From IMG/VR virus record IMGVR_UViG_3300009124_000012, positions 1 to 62,222 of that record: a stretch of 62,222 bases of DNA; one strand, given 5' to 3'. Both the position numbers and the translations under genes were made by a program. How positions within the stretch are numbered: the stretch's first letter is position 1; every line of letters starts with the position of its first letter. Below the pieces are notes generated by a model. That model made no database searches. It was not told where the DNA came from and saw only the letters and a program-made list of their open reading frames with translations. This document shows, piece after piece, positions 29,301 to 39,300 of the stretch. The DNA is from a virus (taxonomy: Duplodnaviria; Caudoviricetes).

Positions 29301-31495
29301 CTTAGTTTATTGCCACTTTCATCAGAAATAGATTCTCCAGGAACAAATGCTCCAGAAAGCATTCTTACGAATAACTTATTACCAAATGAATATGTGTATG
29401 TGCTAGCACCTTCAACAACAGCATATGCACCACTCTTTGAACCGTAGATATACTGTCCAGGAGAAAATACCGTTGATGAAAGATTGTTTTCTGGTGCAAC
29501 ACTATCGAGTGTTAATCTAGTAAAGAAAACAGGGTTGAAGTAGTTGTAGTTAAATGTTGCATTGTATGCTGCAGCACCAGCAGCAGTCTTTCCTTTAGAA
29601 ATAATTTTATCTGTGTTCTGATTGAAACCACTACCTCTAGATGCGAAAGAAATATTTTTTGGTTTCGACAGTCCGACTACAGAAGTAATGGTTTCATTGT
29701 AGTCCACAATGACGCCCATTTCATTAGAGAAGTTCTCAGCGTCGCTTTCTGTTAGGAAAAGACTTCTCTGTCCAGCAGAACCCGCTTCATCATATTCTAC
29801 CAAGAAATTATCCAGAAGATCTCTAGATCCTTTCACGGTCATTTCAATAACATCTACTGTTGCATCATATTCTGCTCTGCGGACTTTAGAGAATGAAACA
29901 GTCTCAGCATAATCCCAAGTTGCTGGATCAGTTCCAATTCTGGTCTTAATAAACCAAAGTCTTCCCCAAACTGATTGGAAAGTAGAATCATCTAAAGAAG
30001 CAAGAGTTGCTGGACTTGTATTCTTGACCTGAATATAAATGGTTTTAAATGCGTCTTTTGGAGTAGCACCAGTTCCTCTTTTATTAAGAGTTTGTTTTCT
30101 TGCAGTAGATGCTTCAGTGTTGTTTAGACCAATGGATCCATCATTGAACAGTGAATTTAGATATACTGTTGGATATGCCGTCAACTCTGCACCTTCACTG
30201 TTTAGAGGTACAGTACCAAAGACATTGGTAACCTTGAACTGAGAAGTTCCACTAGTCTTGAGAGTAATGTTGTCTCTGGTTAAAACTTCTCTTGCTTTGT
30301 TAAAAGGAAGATACTTTGTCTCATTGTTAACAATCTCAAATCCTCTTACATACGCTTTGCCAGGACCAATGCTGGCAATTAGCTTTTCACTTGCTTCTTC
30401 GGGGGTTAGAGAATTTACAAGATTTGTTGTTTGATTTAATTGATATAGACCGAGGTTATTATTTTGCTGGTAATATTCTCTTACTTCTAGGGAGAAATTG
30501 TCAACAATATAATCTCCAGATTCATCATATGTTCTTCTTGCTAAAGTGCTTTCTAGGAGTGAGTAATCTGCAACAACAATTTTCTTCTGGATCTCACCAT
30601 TCTTGATGGAGAGAAGTTGGATGAAATTATTGTCGGTAGTAGCATTTAAAGGGTACTCCTTCAAAAGCAAAGTAATTTTTAAACGATGCGAACCAGGAGC
30701 AGAAGTGTTTGAAAATCCTCTGGAGTTATCAAAGAGAGATGCATCTTCTTCTGGTGTTACAATGCTCTCTACAATCTCAAAACCAACTTTCGCTGATGGT
30801 TTATCATAATACTTATCGATTACTAGCAATTCTGCGTCGCATCTTACAAAGTAACCATTGGCAAAGTAGATACCTTCTTCTACCTTTACAGCAGAACCAT
30901 ATCCCATTGCAGGACTTTCTAGGACAGATACTTCGTCTGTATCTGGATCTGTAATGTTAATGCTAGTTGGGAGGACACTTCCATCAGTTCCTACGACCAA
31001 CAAAGGAGTATTGACACCGTTAATAACTTCTAGCGTTTCACCTTGTCTAAAAGATGCTTCGGTATTTGAACTACCGCTATTTGTATAGTTAACAAATAGT
31101 GTATCGGAATCGGTAGTAGTAGCATACTCTGCTGCCACAACAGATGCTACTACTCCCGACGTTACACCTTGTAGTTGTTGTCCTACAAGATTTTTAATAT
31201 CGTATTGTTTATATACGATTTGACCACCTTCGTTAATTGCCACCTCAGAAATAGATGACAGTTTAACGTAGTCCAAACGTTTGTTTAGACCTACTTCCCC
31301 AGGAACGACAAGATCGCCCTGTTTAAATTGATACTTTCCGTAACTTTCAATCTGGTTCTGTAGAACCGACTGTAACGAAGTTAACTCTCTCGTCTGGATA
31401 GAATATCCAGGACGAAAGAGCAACTTGTAAAAGTTTTTAGATTGATCGAAATCGTCGTAATAAGGAGCTACATTAAGATTGGTCTTTTGTGGCAT
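23390..31495 (-). CDS. VrlC-like (DUF4815-type) large virion protein (2701 aa)
   Basis: TNLNVAPYYDDFD..KNFYKLLFRPG..IQTRELT.LQS.LQNQI, APGSHRLKI, LARRTYDESGDY, NRRYTMRDIGKLEKRIERLEYYT, PLAQTF. Confidence 0.85.
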   Translation of the reverse strand: MPQKTNLNVAPYYDDFDQSKNFYKLLFRPGYSIQTRELTSLQSVLQNQIESYGKYQFKQGDLVVPGEVGLNKRLDYVKLSSISEVAINEGGQIVYKQYDIKNLVGQQLQGVTSGVVASVVAAEYATTTDSDTLFVNYTNSGSSNTEASFRQGETLEVINGVNTPLLVVGTDGSVLPTSINITDPDTDEVSVLESPAMGYGSAVKVEEGIYFANGYFVRCDAELLVIDKYYDKPSAKVGFEIVESIVTPEEDASLFDNSRGFSNTSAPGSHRLKITLLLKEYPLNATTDNNFIQLLSIKNGEIQKKIVVADYSLLESTLARRTYDESGDYIVDNFSLEVREYYQQNNNLGLYQLNQTTNLVNSLTPEEASEKLIASIGPGKAYVRGFEIVNNETKYLPFNKAREVLTRDNITLKTSGTSQFKVTNVFGTVPLNSEGAELTAYPTVYLNSLFNDGSIGLNNTEASTARKQTLNKRGTGATPKDAFKTIYIQVKNTSPATLASLDDSTFQSVWGRLWFIKTRIGTDPATWDYAETVSFSKVRRAEYDATVDVIEMTVKGSRDLLDNFLVEYDEAGSAGQRSLFLTESDAENFSNEMGVIVDYNETITSVVGLSKPKNISFASRGSGFNQNTDKIISKGKTAAGAAAYNATFNYNYFNPVFFTRLTLDSVAPENNLSSTVFSPGQYIYGSKSGAYAVVEGASTYTYSFGNKLFVRMLSGAFVPGESISDESGNKLRIANENTVSHFIVTNRGTNYTSPTVSLDGVEFDTNAILASTNGGNVYKVAIVDRDAVQTVYNKPPSVTLSSSTTPGTTVQVTPVMNRNVIFTYTAQNIKSLYSTFGSGNSYKFTADVQLDSNTDTETLPLTQGTFSGAVHTKYLVSNTFDGDVSKLLVQGDIVQFTDDDGEVVRSIVQYATAPFGSNKSRIYLDRSLPAAATNVSVVRLRPVVSNTDKSSLVFPTGSKQVQSLIKNETDSKIRTHIRRDFVIDGSSSGGQLTFIAQLTFGTQRFVDYTEQNYIITVLDKGNSTTVENGDVVYIDPSYVNIETSTDTTSGLTAGSVSITLPNDYFGSISSGFPKLKLSATIEVTKARPRLKTAVRNKRITVISAGDRIIPLRGRDYDTEEVESYSYSDVFKLRYIYEGSTTNPPQVDTNGRLISGTDITNNFTFDDGQRDTFYDVSRIILKPGKSAPTGQLVIAFDYFEHSQGDFCTVDSYIHEAGVGPGEVPNFNSSVHGNISLKDVIDYRPKVDNDVVVPGFQGATTLNTTDYAKFIGDGGVTSSTPAPDSNLSYTFSFSESQYMDRIDGVFLDKKGNFIIKEGNSSLNPSKPELVDDAIALYYIHIPSYTDSEKDVRVISVDNRRYTMRDIGKLEKRIERLEYYTTLSILEQQTLNMQIKDSVGFDRFKSGFIADNFEGHLYGNLGSNDYQAAIDSQQSVLRPTTKEDSFDLVELNTRTDERIANHYANTNGVVTLPYTNTKLLGNSFATKTINPNPFVLIQYVGDAQLSPSVDQWYDTTQVPLVRDSNTSLYNIYTAKTDAKEAISSYYNSFIVNWIGSNRSFFNIAPLSETATAAAQSKVVAALTNSSSNISPLNNETAKGAAVSTVNGNTIVSSVQYFVRSIPVKYNLTRLKASTKFYVYMEGRDIGRWVNPDIKYSGIAGNSPSSFGKTITTDENGNASGIILIPAGHAPQSGTSWTGDVNTMLYDENSEEIRFTTGIKTIRFTTSVDNASKDSVDSYAEVKYYATGALPENPSSIISTLPAQFKANEGRQTVDNTTQNVEKPNPLAQTFEVENFDGGVFATGVDLFFSKKDTNTPVRVYITNTDVGKPGKFIVPGSVSVKNSNTYLKVTANADLTISIGENITGKSSGAVGPLLKLLDKNDTEIVASSSSTVDLSPDQVYTLVLSNHNGISFLPNEELIIASLTSFNATNGTANAITIAKNSGRVSDLKVTNLGGGYDSAVITIESPQLPGSSTATGTAYVSGGKIYNAEIQIDGNGYTEPPSVTIRGTGTAAAGASIQSFIEITSYAVRMGVATDVAGVTQSTVPTFFEFEHPVYLQNDAEYTLVIETDSSDYAVWASRLSESDVTTGASVTTQPLLGSVYKSQNTAKWEEDVSEDIKFTLYRAKFDNSRSGTFVAVNENLGYEALAEDPIETYALANTNATSTLFKNNNSIIRVSHRDHGFEQKGGSFVFYKSLENVGGFTGANLNAGLYTVSNNGVDSYTIVGPNRASSNSVGGGSGALTSYNRKYEKLFAQVGYIQSPNTSISTSVKTTNIVPVDSNTTNYVSYSQEQYEKTFLNEEHFFLNQKVVASRINEISNNINNSLEYKFALSSDVDYLSPLIDLRVSSVKTATNRIENSTGVEGRYAKRNQVLKFNPLFTVTVSGNSQDIDANQSVEGVASGTTGTVLAYDSANSRAVIQVTSESNLIQNEELKFALQSAAGGNLSGDTVRVVGLTPKSVSFDIGSTIVAFNPNDVTQKYDNKISGKIVEWDPIAKELTVENDKNPINNDYTSRITLGSAFTRQANVADQTADIFRVGDIIFYTNIPSGEEKYIRVNSMEFTTGVDYVSDLGAKDSSALAKYITKQVSINSPGTSIDVRTTVNVKDVENVRLLYKIKEAGSDVDFENIEWSYFNETGAPDVDVLATETNSASGLFEKQQDYQELVYSVSELPEFTSFAIKVVMKSDDPVYVPKLQDLRAVASY

Positions 31496-31526
31496 CGTAC
31501 ATTAACCTAAAGAATGTCCTAACTAA

Positions 31527-33332
31527 TCAGAATTCAATAACCAACTTGATATCTTCAATTTGGTCAGCAGCACGAGTGATTAGTCTTCTATTCTCTATGT
31601 ATATGAGATCTCCAGAGTTATTTGCAAGTTCGGGATTTGCAAGACCACTAGAGAAGTTCATACCGAGTAGACCGTTAGCATTTTCGGTAGTATCTACATC
31701 AGCATCTGCCGAAGATAGAGCACCAACGACACCGTTTGCAGTACCACCAACAAATGGTCTTACAACACCGTTGTCGGTGTGCTGAGCAGGTGTTTGTAGA
31801 TACTTAAGAACACCAGCGGTTGTAGAACCACTGTCTAGTGTCCAAGAAACAACCTTACCCTTTGCTGTACCACCTGTTACAGTCTGTGTGATTTCTTCGT
31901 CAACTTGGTAATCTGCGGTAGCATTTTCCAACTTAACGCCATACAGGCACTGTCTGGTATCGTCAACTGCAAAATCGGTAGTTCCGAAGTTGAATGGATC
32001 TTTGATGAGACCAAGGCGGCGGAAGTCGTTGTCAACAGGGAAGTCACCAGAACCTTCAGCGAAGGTGAGGCGGATGTTGAGCATTACACGCTTACCGTTG
32101 AGCTCTTGCTCGAAGTTTGAACCATGACCACCCTGAGGAGGAAGAACAACTTCAAGAGCAGCAACACCACCAGAGTTGGTTGCAGATGCGGTTAGTGCTT
32201 GATCGCTGAATAGACCATATGCAGAAGCACCAGATCCAGTACCAGTTACAACAGGTACACTTGCGTAAGTATAACCACTACCAGCAGTAACAACCTCGCA
32301 GGTATCAACAGTTCCACTGGAGACTACGATTTCTACAACACCACCAGTACCATCACCGATAATTGGAGCGTAGAAAGTGCCGTTTGGCATACCAGAACCA
32401 GCATCCTCGACTAGAACAACGTCAATTGCACCAGCAACAGCAGCTGCTTCTACAGTAGTACGGGTTGCTTCGCCAGCAGCGGCGATTGGCATGAAGTCGG
32501 TAGAGAGGAAACGTAGTACATCATCAGTAGGCATGGTGTACATGTACTTCCAAATATAGGTGTTATTTGGTTCTTTGTACAGACCATTAGCATACGTACC
32601 TTGACCAGCAGAAGGTGAAGTGGATGGTTCGTATGTTACGTTTGCGCCATTACCGTTGTAGAGGCACTTGAATACTTGATAGTTTCCGTTGACAATGTAG
32701 AACTTAGCATCTGCGATTGATGATGCACCAGTTGCAGTTTGCTTACCAACTTGACCACCACCACCAGGAGTAGCAGAGTAGTCAGGCTTCCACATGTCGA
32801 AGATTGGGTTAGCAATCGTATCCCAGTTGTAGCGACGGATGACACTTCTTGCATATTGATCGGTTACACGCTTTGCAGCGATCATGTCATCATAGATATC
32901 AAACTTTTCAGTTTGGTTATCTAGAGGAACTGGGGGAGCGTTTTCTGTAGCATAGCGATATACGCCAGAAGTTGCTTCTGCGCCAGTATCTGCTGTGCCG
33001 TTGTAACCTTTGAGAGTAGAACCTACTGAAGGAGTTGAAGTAACCGAGGGTCCTACACCGTAAACAAGAAGACTATTCTCAGTGACTGCTCTGATAGTAC
33101 CCTTCCAAGTTGCGGATCCGTAGTTGGCACCAACATAAACTTCGTTGCCAGCAACGAAAGAGGTGGAGTTGGCATTGTAGATTTCTACGTATGCATCCCA
33201 CTGTTGAGGACGACCAACGAAGAAGTACATTCTAGTACGGTCAGGATCAGTCTGAGAAGCACCTTCTGATAGCGACTCTAAAAATTGTGTCGCATTAAAA
33301 ATGCGAAATTTTTCTGAAATAATAGCAGCCAT
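31527..33332 (-). CDS. gp8: baseplate wedge subunit (T4 gp8-like)
   Basis: MAAIISEKFRIFNA, YFFVGRP, VFKCLYN, YIWKYMY, NDFRRLGLIKDP, ENRRLITRAADQIEDIKLVIEF. Confidence 0.9.
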   Translation of the reverse strand: MAAIISEKFRIFNATQFLESLSEGASQTDPDRTRMYFFVGRPQQWDAYVEIYNANSTSFVAGNEVYVGANYGSATWKGTIRAVTENSLLVYGVGPSVTSTPSVGSTLKGYNGTADTGAEATSGVYRYATENAPPVPLDNQTEKFDIYDDMIAAKRVTDQYARSVIRRYNWDTIANPIFDMWKPDYSATPGGGGQVGKQTATGASSIADAKFYIVNGNYQVFKCLYNGNGANVTYEPSTSPSAGQGTYANGLYKEPNNTYIWKYMYTMPTDDVLRFLSTDFMPIAAAGEATRTTVEAAAVAGAIDVVLVEDAGSGMPNGTFYAPIIGDGTGGVVEIVVSSGTVDTCEVVTAGSGYTYASVPVVTGTGSGASAYGLFSDQALTASATNSGGVAALEVVLPPQGGHGSNFEQELNGKRVMLNIRLTFAEGSGDFPVDNDFRRLGLIKDPFNFGTTDFAVDDTRQCLYGVKLENATADYQVDEEITQTVTGGTAKGKVVSWTLDSGSTTAGVLKYLQTPAQHTDNGVVRPFVGGTANGVVGALSSADADVDTTENANGLLGMNFSSGLANPELANNSGDLIYIENRRLITRAADQIEDIKLVIEF

Positions 33333-33368
33333 TTAAGAATTCTCTCTGTGTGATTAATTTTCTTAAGT

Positions 33369-33382
33369 TATTTATATTTATA
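33369..33382 (-). promoter_or_regulatory. two overlapping perfect T4 late promoters (TATAAATA)
   Basis: plus strand tatttatatttata upstream of gp8. Confidence 0.75.
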
Positions 33383-33386
33383 CGGA

Positions 33387-36300
33387 TTAACCGAAAGTTC
33401 TGAGGTAATCACCCGCAGTATGAGAACTTGCGGTAGTACCATTTGCGCCTCTAATTAGTCCTGTTAGAGTAGTAGCAGTCTTACTACTGTAAGTAATCTG
33501 CTCATACCCAATCATGATAGTTCCCGTGGTTGGGAAGTTTGCAGTGGACGTAATACTTAATGTTACGTCACTATCACTAATATTGGATCCTAGAGTTGCT
33601 CCCAACTCGTTTGTTGTTGGTAAACCTAGGTTCCAAATTCTTCTACTCTGCGTGATTGCGGAGTTCGCTCTATCAATAAAATCTCCTAAAGTGAGACGCG
33701 GATAAATTGATGTCAAATCATCGATAGACATAGTTCCAACATCTAGACTTCCTCCAGAAATAAATGCATTGGTGTTGTACATTCCAAGAGTATTGCCAAG
33801 ATTTCCTTGACTATATGATAAGAAGAAGTCCGAACTACCAAATTGCTGGTTAGTTGGAGTGAATGTAGAACCATCTCTTAGATTGACAATTCTGTCAACC
33901 AAGTAGTATTCCGTACCGTCTCTCAATGTGATTGGGTTGGGGAAGACTACGCTCTCCTGATATCCATCTAGAATACCAGTCTTATAGAACTTCTCTATGC
34001 TAAATTCTATGTCAGTTACTGCAATACTTTGAGTAATGGTAATAGCAGAATTTACTGCTACAGAAGTTTCAACAACAGAATTATGATAGATTTCTGTTTC
34101 AATATTAACCTGAGATGAAATTGATAGTAAAGAAATATCAGGACTATCAAATTCTAAATCTCTGTAGATAATTCCCTGTACACCCAATGTCGAAACATCT
34201 CGACGTAAATCTTCATCTACAAGACGGATATTCGACTTCTTGGAAGATTGAATATCCTTAACATCAGCAACTCCCGAGAATCTAGAAGTTGTCAGAATGT
34301 CAGCAAATCCTGCTCCAACAACTGTAATCTCTGGAGATACAGTATATTCTGGAGATTGTGTTACGGGAGTAACAGTGATGCTAACCGTGCGATCGAAAGA
34401 AACATTAGAAACAGTTACTACACTGCTTTCCGCTCCACCAATAACATGTGTAGATGTAACAGAGACAGATTGTACTGAATTCGTTGTGAGAATAGTCTCA
34501 ACATTGAGTTCAGGAGCAAGCGAAGCATAACTTACAAACTCTGGTACAGTTCTTAGATATGTTCCAGCTGGGTGGTTCTTTTCTTCTGTTCCAGCAAGAG
34601 CTCTGGTGACATTCTTGAGAGAATTGAACCCTTTGCTGTAGAATGCAACAACTTCTCCACCAACAATAAGTTTTCCAGTTCCAGCAAAAATATCCGAATT
34701 TGGAATATAAATGATGGTGTCTCCGATATCAAAGTCGGCATCAAGGAATGTTCCTGTCTCGCTACTAGATGGTACTGGAATATAATCTGTTGGTTCATTA
34801 ATAACATCAACAATAGTGGATGTAATTTCAATTGTTGATGGATAATCAATAAACGTCGAATTTGCCTGTACATCCTGAAGAGTTGGTGATATCTCCGTAT
34901 AAACTTCAGAATTAACTTCACTGATAGTGACAACTCTAGGAGTGATATTATCAAGTCTAGATTGTGTGTAGATTGTTCTATCATTAATTACAGGGACAAC
35001 AAGTGGTGCAGGTTCAACAATTATTGTAGGTTCTCTAGAAATACTAGAATCGAGGAAAGTATTACCAAAAGTAGCAATCGATTCTACTCCAGCAGTGTTG
35101 CCAGAACCAGAGAAAGTAATCTCTGCACCAGGAGAAATCATAGTAAAACCACCAGATTTTACTGATTGTATAGTGAGATTTAGAATAGTGTCTGCTTTTC
35201 TGTTGTGTTTAACTCTATAGTATCCTCTAGATACCTCTACTCTTGGTGTCTCAGTGTATCCACTTCCAGGATTTGTTAGAACAACATCAATAACCTGACC
35301 ACCAAAAACAATAACTTCTGCTTTTGCACCACCGCCTGCTCCATTCGTAGGAATGAAATTGAGGAATGGAGTTGTAAAGTATTGATATGCTGTAGGTTGT
35401 AATAGGATATTATTTCTGAAGAACAGAGTGAGATCTCTTCTATTCCAATCTAGTTTTGTTACCTCACCATTAGTAATAGTTGCCTGTACACTCAGACCCT
35501 CTCCACGAGTAATATCGTTGTAATCTGTTGCATCAATTTGAGCATAGATGTCTTCACCAGGAACTTTACCATCTCTAAATTCTGTAGATCTTGCATTATA
35601 TGGAGTAGAAATGATAGTTCTGAACTCACTTTCTCCGTCAATCTTAATACGATCACCTTTTAGTAGGTTAGCAAAACCTCTCGCAGTGTCATACCAATGA
35701 TCGTCATTCCATGTTGTTCCAATAAATCTTCTTGGTCCTCTTCTAACTAGAATTCTATTTCCTTCATTATCAATAATATATGCTAGTGTAGCAGCAGAAT
35801 ATCTTAGTGAAGTTGCACTCGATCCACCAGATGATTTGGAGATCGTTATTTCTGGGAAATACTTATCTACAGTTCTGAAATAAAGTTCATCACTACTATC
35901 AAGAGGAACAGGATTGTTTCCAATCAGACGAATTTCAATCTCATCTGGATTGCTAGTTTGGCGAATATTAACATATTTTCCTAAAGGATATTGAACACCA
36001 CCATCAGTCTTGTATACAATAATTTCATTTTCGCTATTGTTTCCAATAAATCCAACTAGTTGATTGTATACAGTATCAGCACTTGTAGGATTAACTGCAG
36101 TGAATGTAAGATTTAATTCGTTGACATAAGTATTTGGTTCAAAATCGTAGAAGGTGAGTGTGTTTGGAATAGTTCTTCCAAACATCATGATAACAGTTAC
36201 CTTCTGATAAGTCTTCTCGCCATTATCATTGAAGTAATAATTTAGAGGTTTCTTGAACGTTAGGTTTGGACCAGAAATCGTATAAGATTTACCTTCAACC

Positions 36301-39300
36301 TGAAGAACACCATCAACAAAAACCAGTGCATACTTAGGATCTGTAAGACCTACAACTTTTCCGCTATTCTCATCTTTCAATAAGAAAGTTCTCACATAAG
36401 GACTTAAATTTTCATCAATCTTGAGACGTTTATAACTACCAAGACTGAACAAGAATGATGTTTCTGCTCCAGCAAGTTGATCTGCTAGAGGGAATGTATT
36501 AGTAGCATAATAATCATCATGATTGATGGGTGAATGTGTAAACTTAATCTTATCACTTGTGTTCGCATCATCAGATCTTACAATTTCATATGCATTACCG
36601 AATGGAGCATATGTATTGTTGTACAGTGATTTTGCATCCTGCAAAACACCATTTAGTGTTACAAATAGATTTTCGTCAACATCAGTCTTGACAATACTAT
36701 TGTCATCATATCTTAATTCATACTCAGTAGAAGTTCCATCAAACTCCAATGATTTCAATTTCTTGAAATACTTGGCATTCAAAACATTATCTTTGAACTT
36801 AATTGTTCTACAATAGAACTTTTGATCTGCTAGAGGTGCTTCAGCAAATGTGATTTGAGATCCAGATACTGTAAATGCTTCTCCAGGTTCTTGTAAAATA
36901 CCATCTAAAGTAACAATCAACTGATTTTGATTGTATGGAGTATAAGATGTCTGAGACTTTTTCTCTCTCAAGGTGAATGATCTAGTTCCTGATCTCTGTC
37001 CAGTGCTGTAAGTGTTTAACTGTCCATCAAAATCTGCAGTCAATTCTAGTTCATATACTAGAGTTTCAGACGCATCAAACGTGTCAACCTTAACAGAACC
37101 TAGACCTCTTTCAAGATTTAGATTTTCTAGTTTTACAATACTATTAGTAATAGTACGTTTTGTGTCAATAACAGTAATCTGTTTTGGTGTCAGATTGATC
37201 TGAGTAATACTATTGAACGATGGTTGCTGTGCTGGCATCTCGACAGCACCATTTACTTCAGAAACTACCTCACCAAATACATTGAAACCTGCAGGGTGAA
37301 CAGTTTCTTTGATCAGATCTCTCCAAGTGTTAATTGCAGTCTTGGATTTGATTACATATGAATAGTCTTGATAGAAATAAGAATCTGTAATTCTTTGAGT
37401 TCTAGCACTAAGTTTTCCTTTATCTGAAGTATACTTACCTAGATTATCGTATACACCCTTTACGTCAGGTGTATATCTGGAATACAATACAGAAGAAATA
37501 TCTGCAGATTTTCCAGAAGGACTGATAATAGGAAGACTTGAATTTAATACACCAACAGATTTTTCTAAACGTAGGATATTAGAACCAGATCTCCAACCAT
37601 TTTTAGATACAGATGCAGAAAATACAATATCATTATTAATTTTCTGTACTACAGTTTGACCTTGAGCAAAATAATCAAACTCTTCTGCATTTGTCTCCGA
37701 ATTATTTGGAGATACTAGGAGAGCATAGTGTGATGTATAATCAGGTAATAACGTATTGTCATTGTGATATGATCCACCATTTTCGACAATTGTCAAACTC
37801 TGTGGGGAACCTACATCAGTAGAATTTGCAAATAGTAGGTTATCAGTTTCGATAATCTCTACAGTTGGTTTGTAGGTAAAACCAGATCCACCTTTAACGG
37901 TATTGATTGCAGTAATAGATCCATTTGCAACTACAATCTTAAACTCTGTTCCTGTACCACCACCATCTGAAATTCTTACTTTTGGTTTAGAATATCCAGA
38001 ACCACCAGAAATAATTTTGATACCATAGATCTTTTGACCTAAAGAATCGTAGATAACTTCAAATGATGCAGATTTTGAAGGATGAACTTGATATCCAGTG
38101 ATAACAGGAATTCTCTTATATTCTGCTCCAGGATTTTCTACAGTAACTTGATTGATCTTTCCAACTGCAAAATTTGATGTAGTTATATATGAGATAGTTC
38201 CACTTCCATCATATTGTGGATTTTTTGCATACTCATATAAAAATCTATCAGAAGTTACATAGGTAATATTCTTAAATCCTTGTAATGGATCATCAATAAC
38301 ACTCAAGTAAGAATTTTCGGTATTAATATTATCTTTCTTATCGTAATAGTAATACTTCAAATAGCGAGTTGGAGTTTTCTTTCCATCCTTGATTTGTGGA
38401 ATGAATGTTAGACTTGCTCCTGGTTGTCCAGGAGTTGTAATAGACCTTACAGCCTCGGGTGCAATAATTCCTCTAGTGATACTTGGAGAGAGATCGAAGA
38501 ACACTCCAGACATGGAGGAGTGACTGCAATCAAATCTATACTCATAATATTTCTGAACATCAATAACTGGATTGATATCAAAATTAACATTATCTTTAGA
38601 GAACTCGAATTGATACGATACATCACCAACAGAACTTAACTTAACTAGTTTTGTTGGAGTGCTGTTGTCAAAGAACGTGTTACTGAGAACGAGATTGTTT
38701 GAACTTGTCGCTGTATAATCAAATTCTAGAATTAATTCTTGGGTGCTTGTATCATATGATCTGATATAAGGATCATTAGCACCAGTTCCTAAGAATTGTG
38801 ATCCTAAATTAAAATTGTATACTGTGCTCTTGAAATTAACTTCTTTGCCATCAAAGTAATTTCCTGGGGTAGTAGAATTATACCCTCTGGTGACTGTAAT
38901 AGTTTTTGCGGTAGTATCTACAGAAGCAACTAATAAGTCTTCCTTACTAATAGTGAGAACATCACCAGATGAGAGACCAGTTACACTATCAAGATCGATA
39001 ACAGTATCAGAAGATCCAACACCAACATGATCGACACGAATTTTTAGTGCTGTTGTATTTGGAGGAGCACCAACTTGTTTTGCCAAAGAAATATCAGCAC
39101 AACTCAAGATATCGTCAACTTTATATCCACTACCTTTCTTGGTGATAGTGTATCCACTTACAATTCCAGTTGGACCTACAACAACGGTAGCTTCTGCTCC
39201 TGTGCCACTTCCACCAGTTAGAGGAACATCTTGATATGTATCGGGGAAGTAATTATCTCCACTGCATAACAAAGTAGATCTACCAATACCAGTGGTTTTA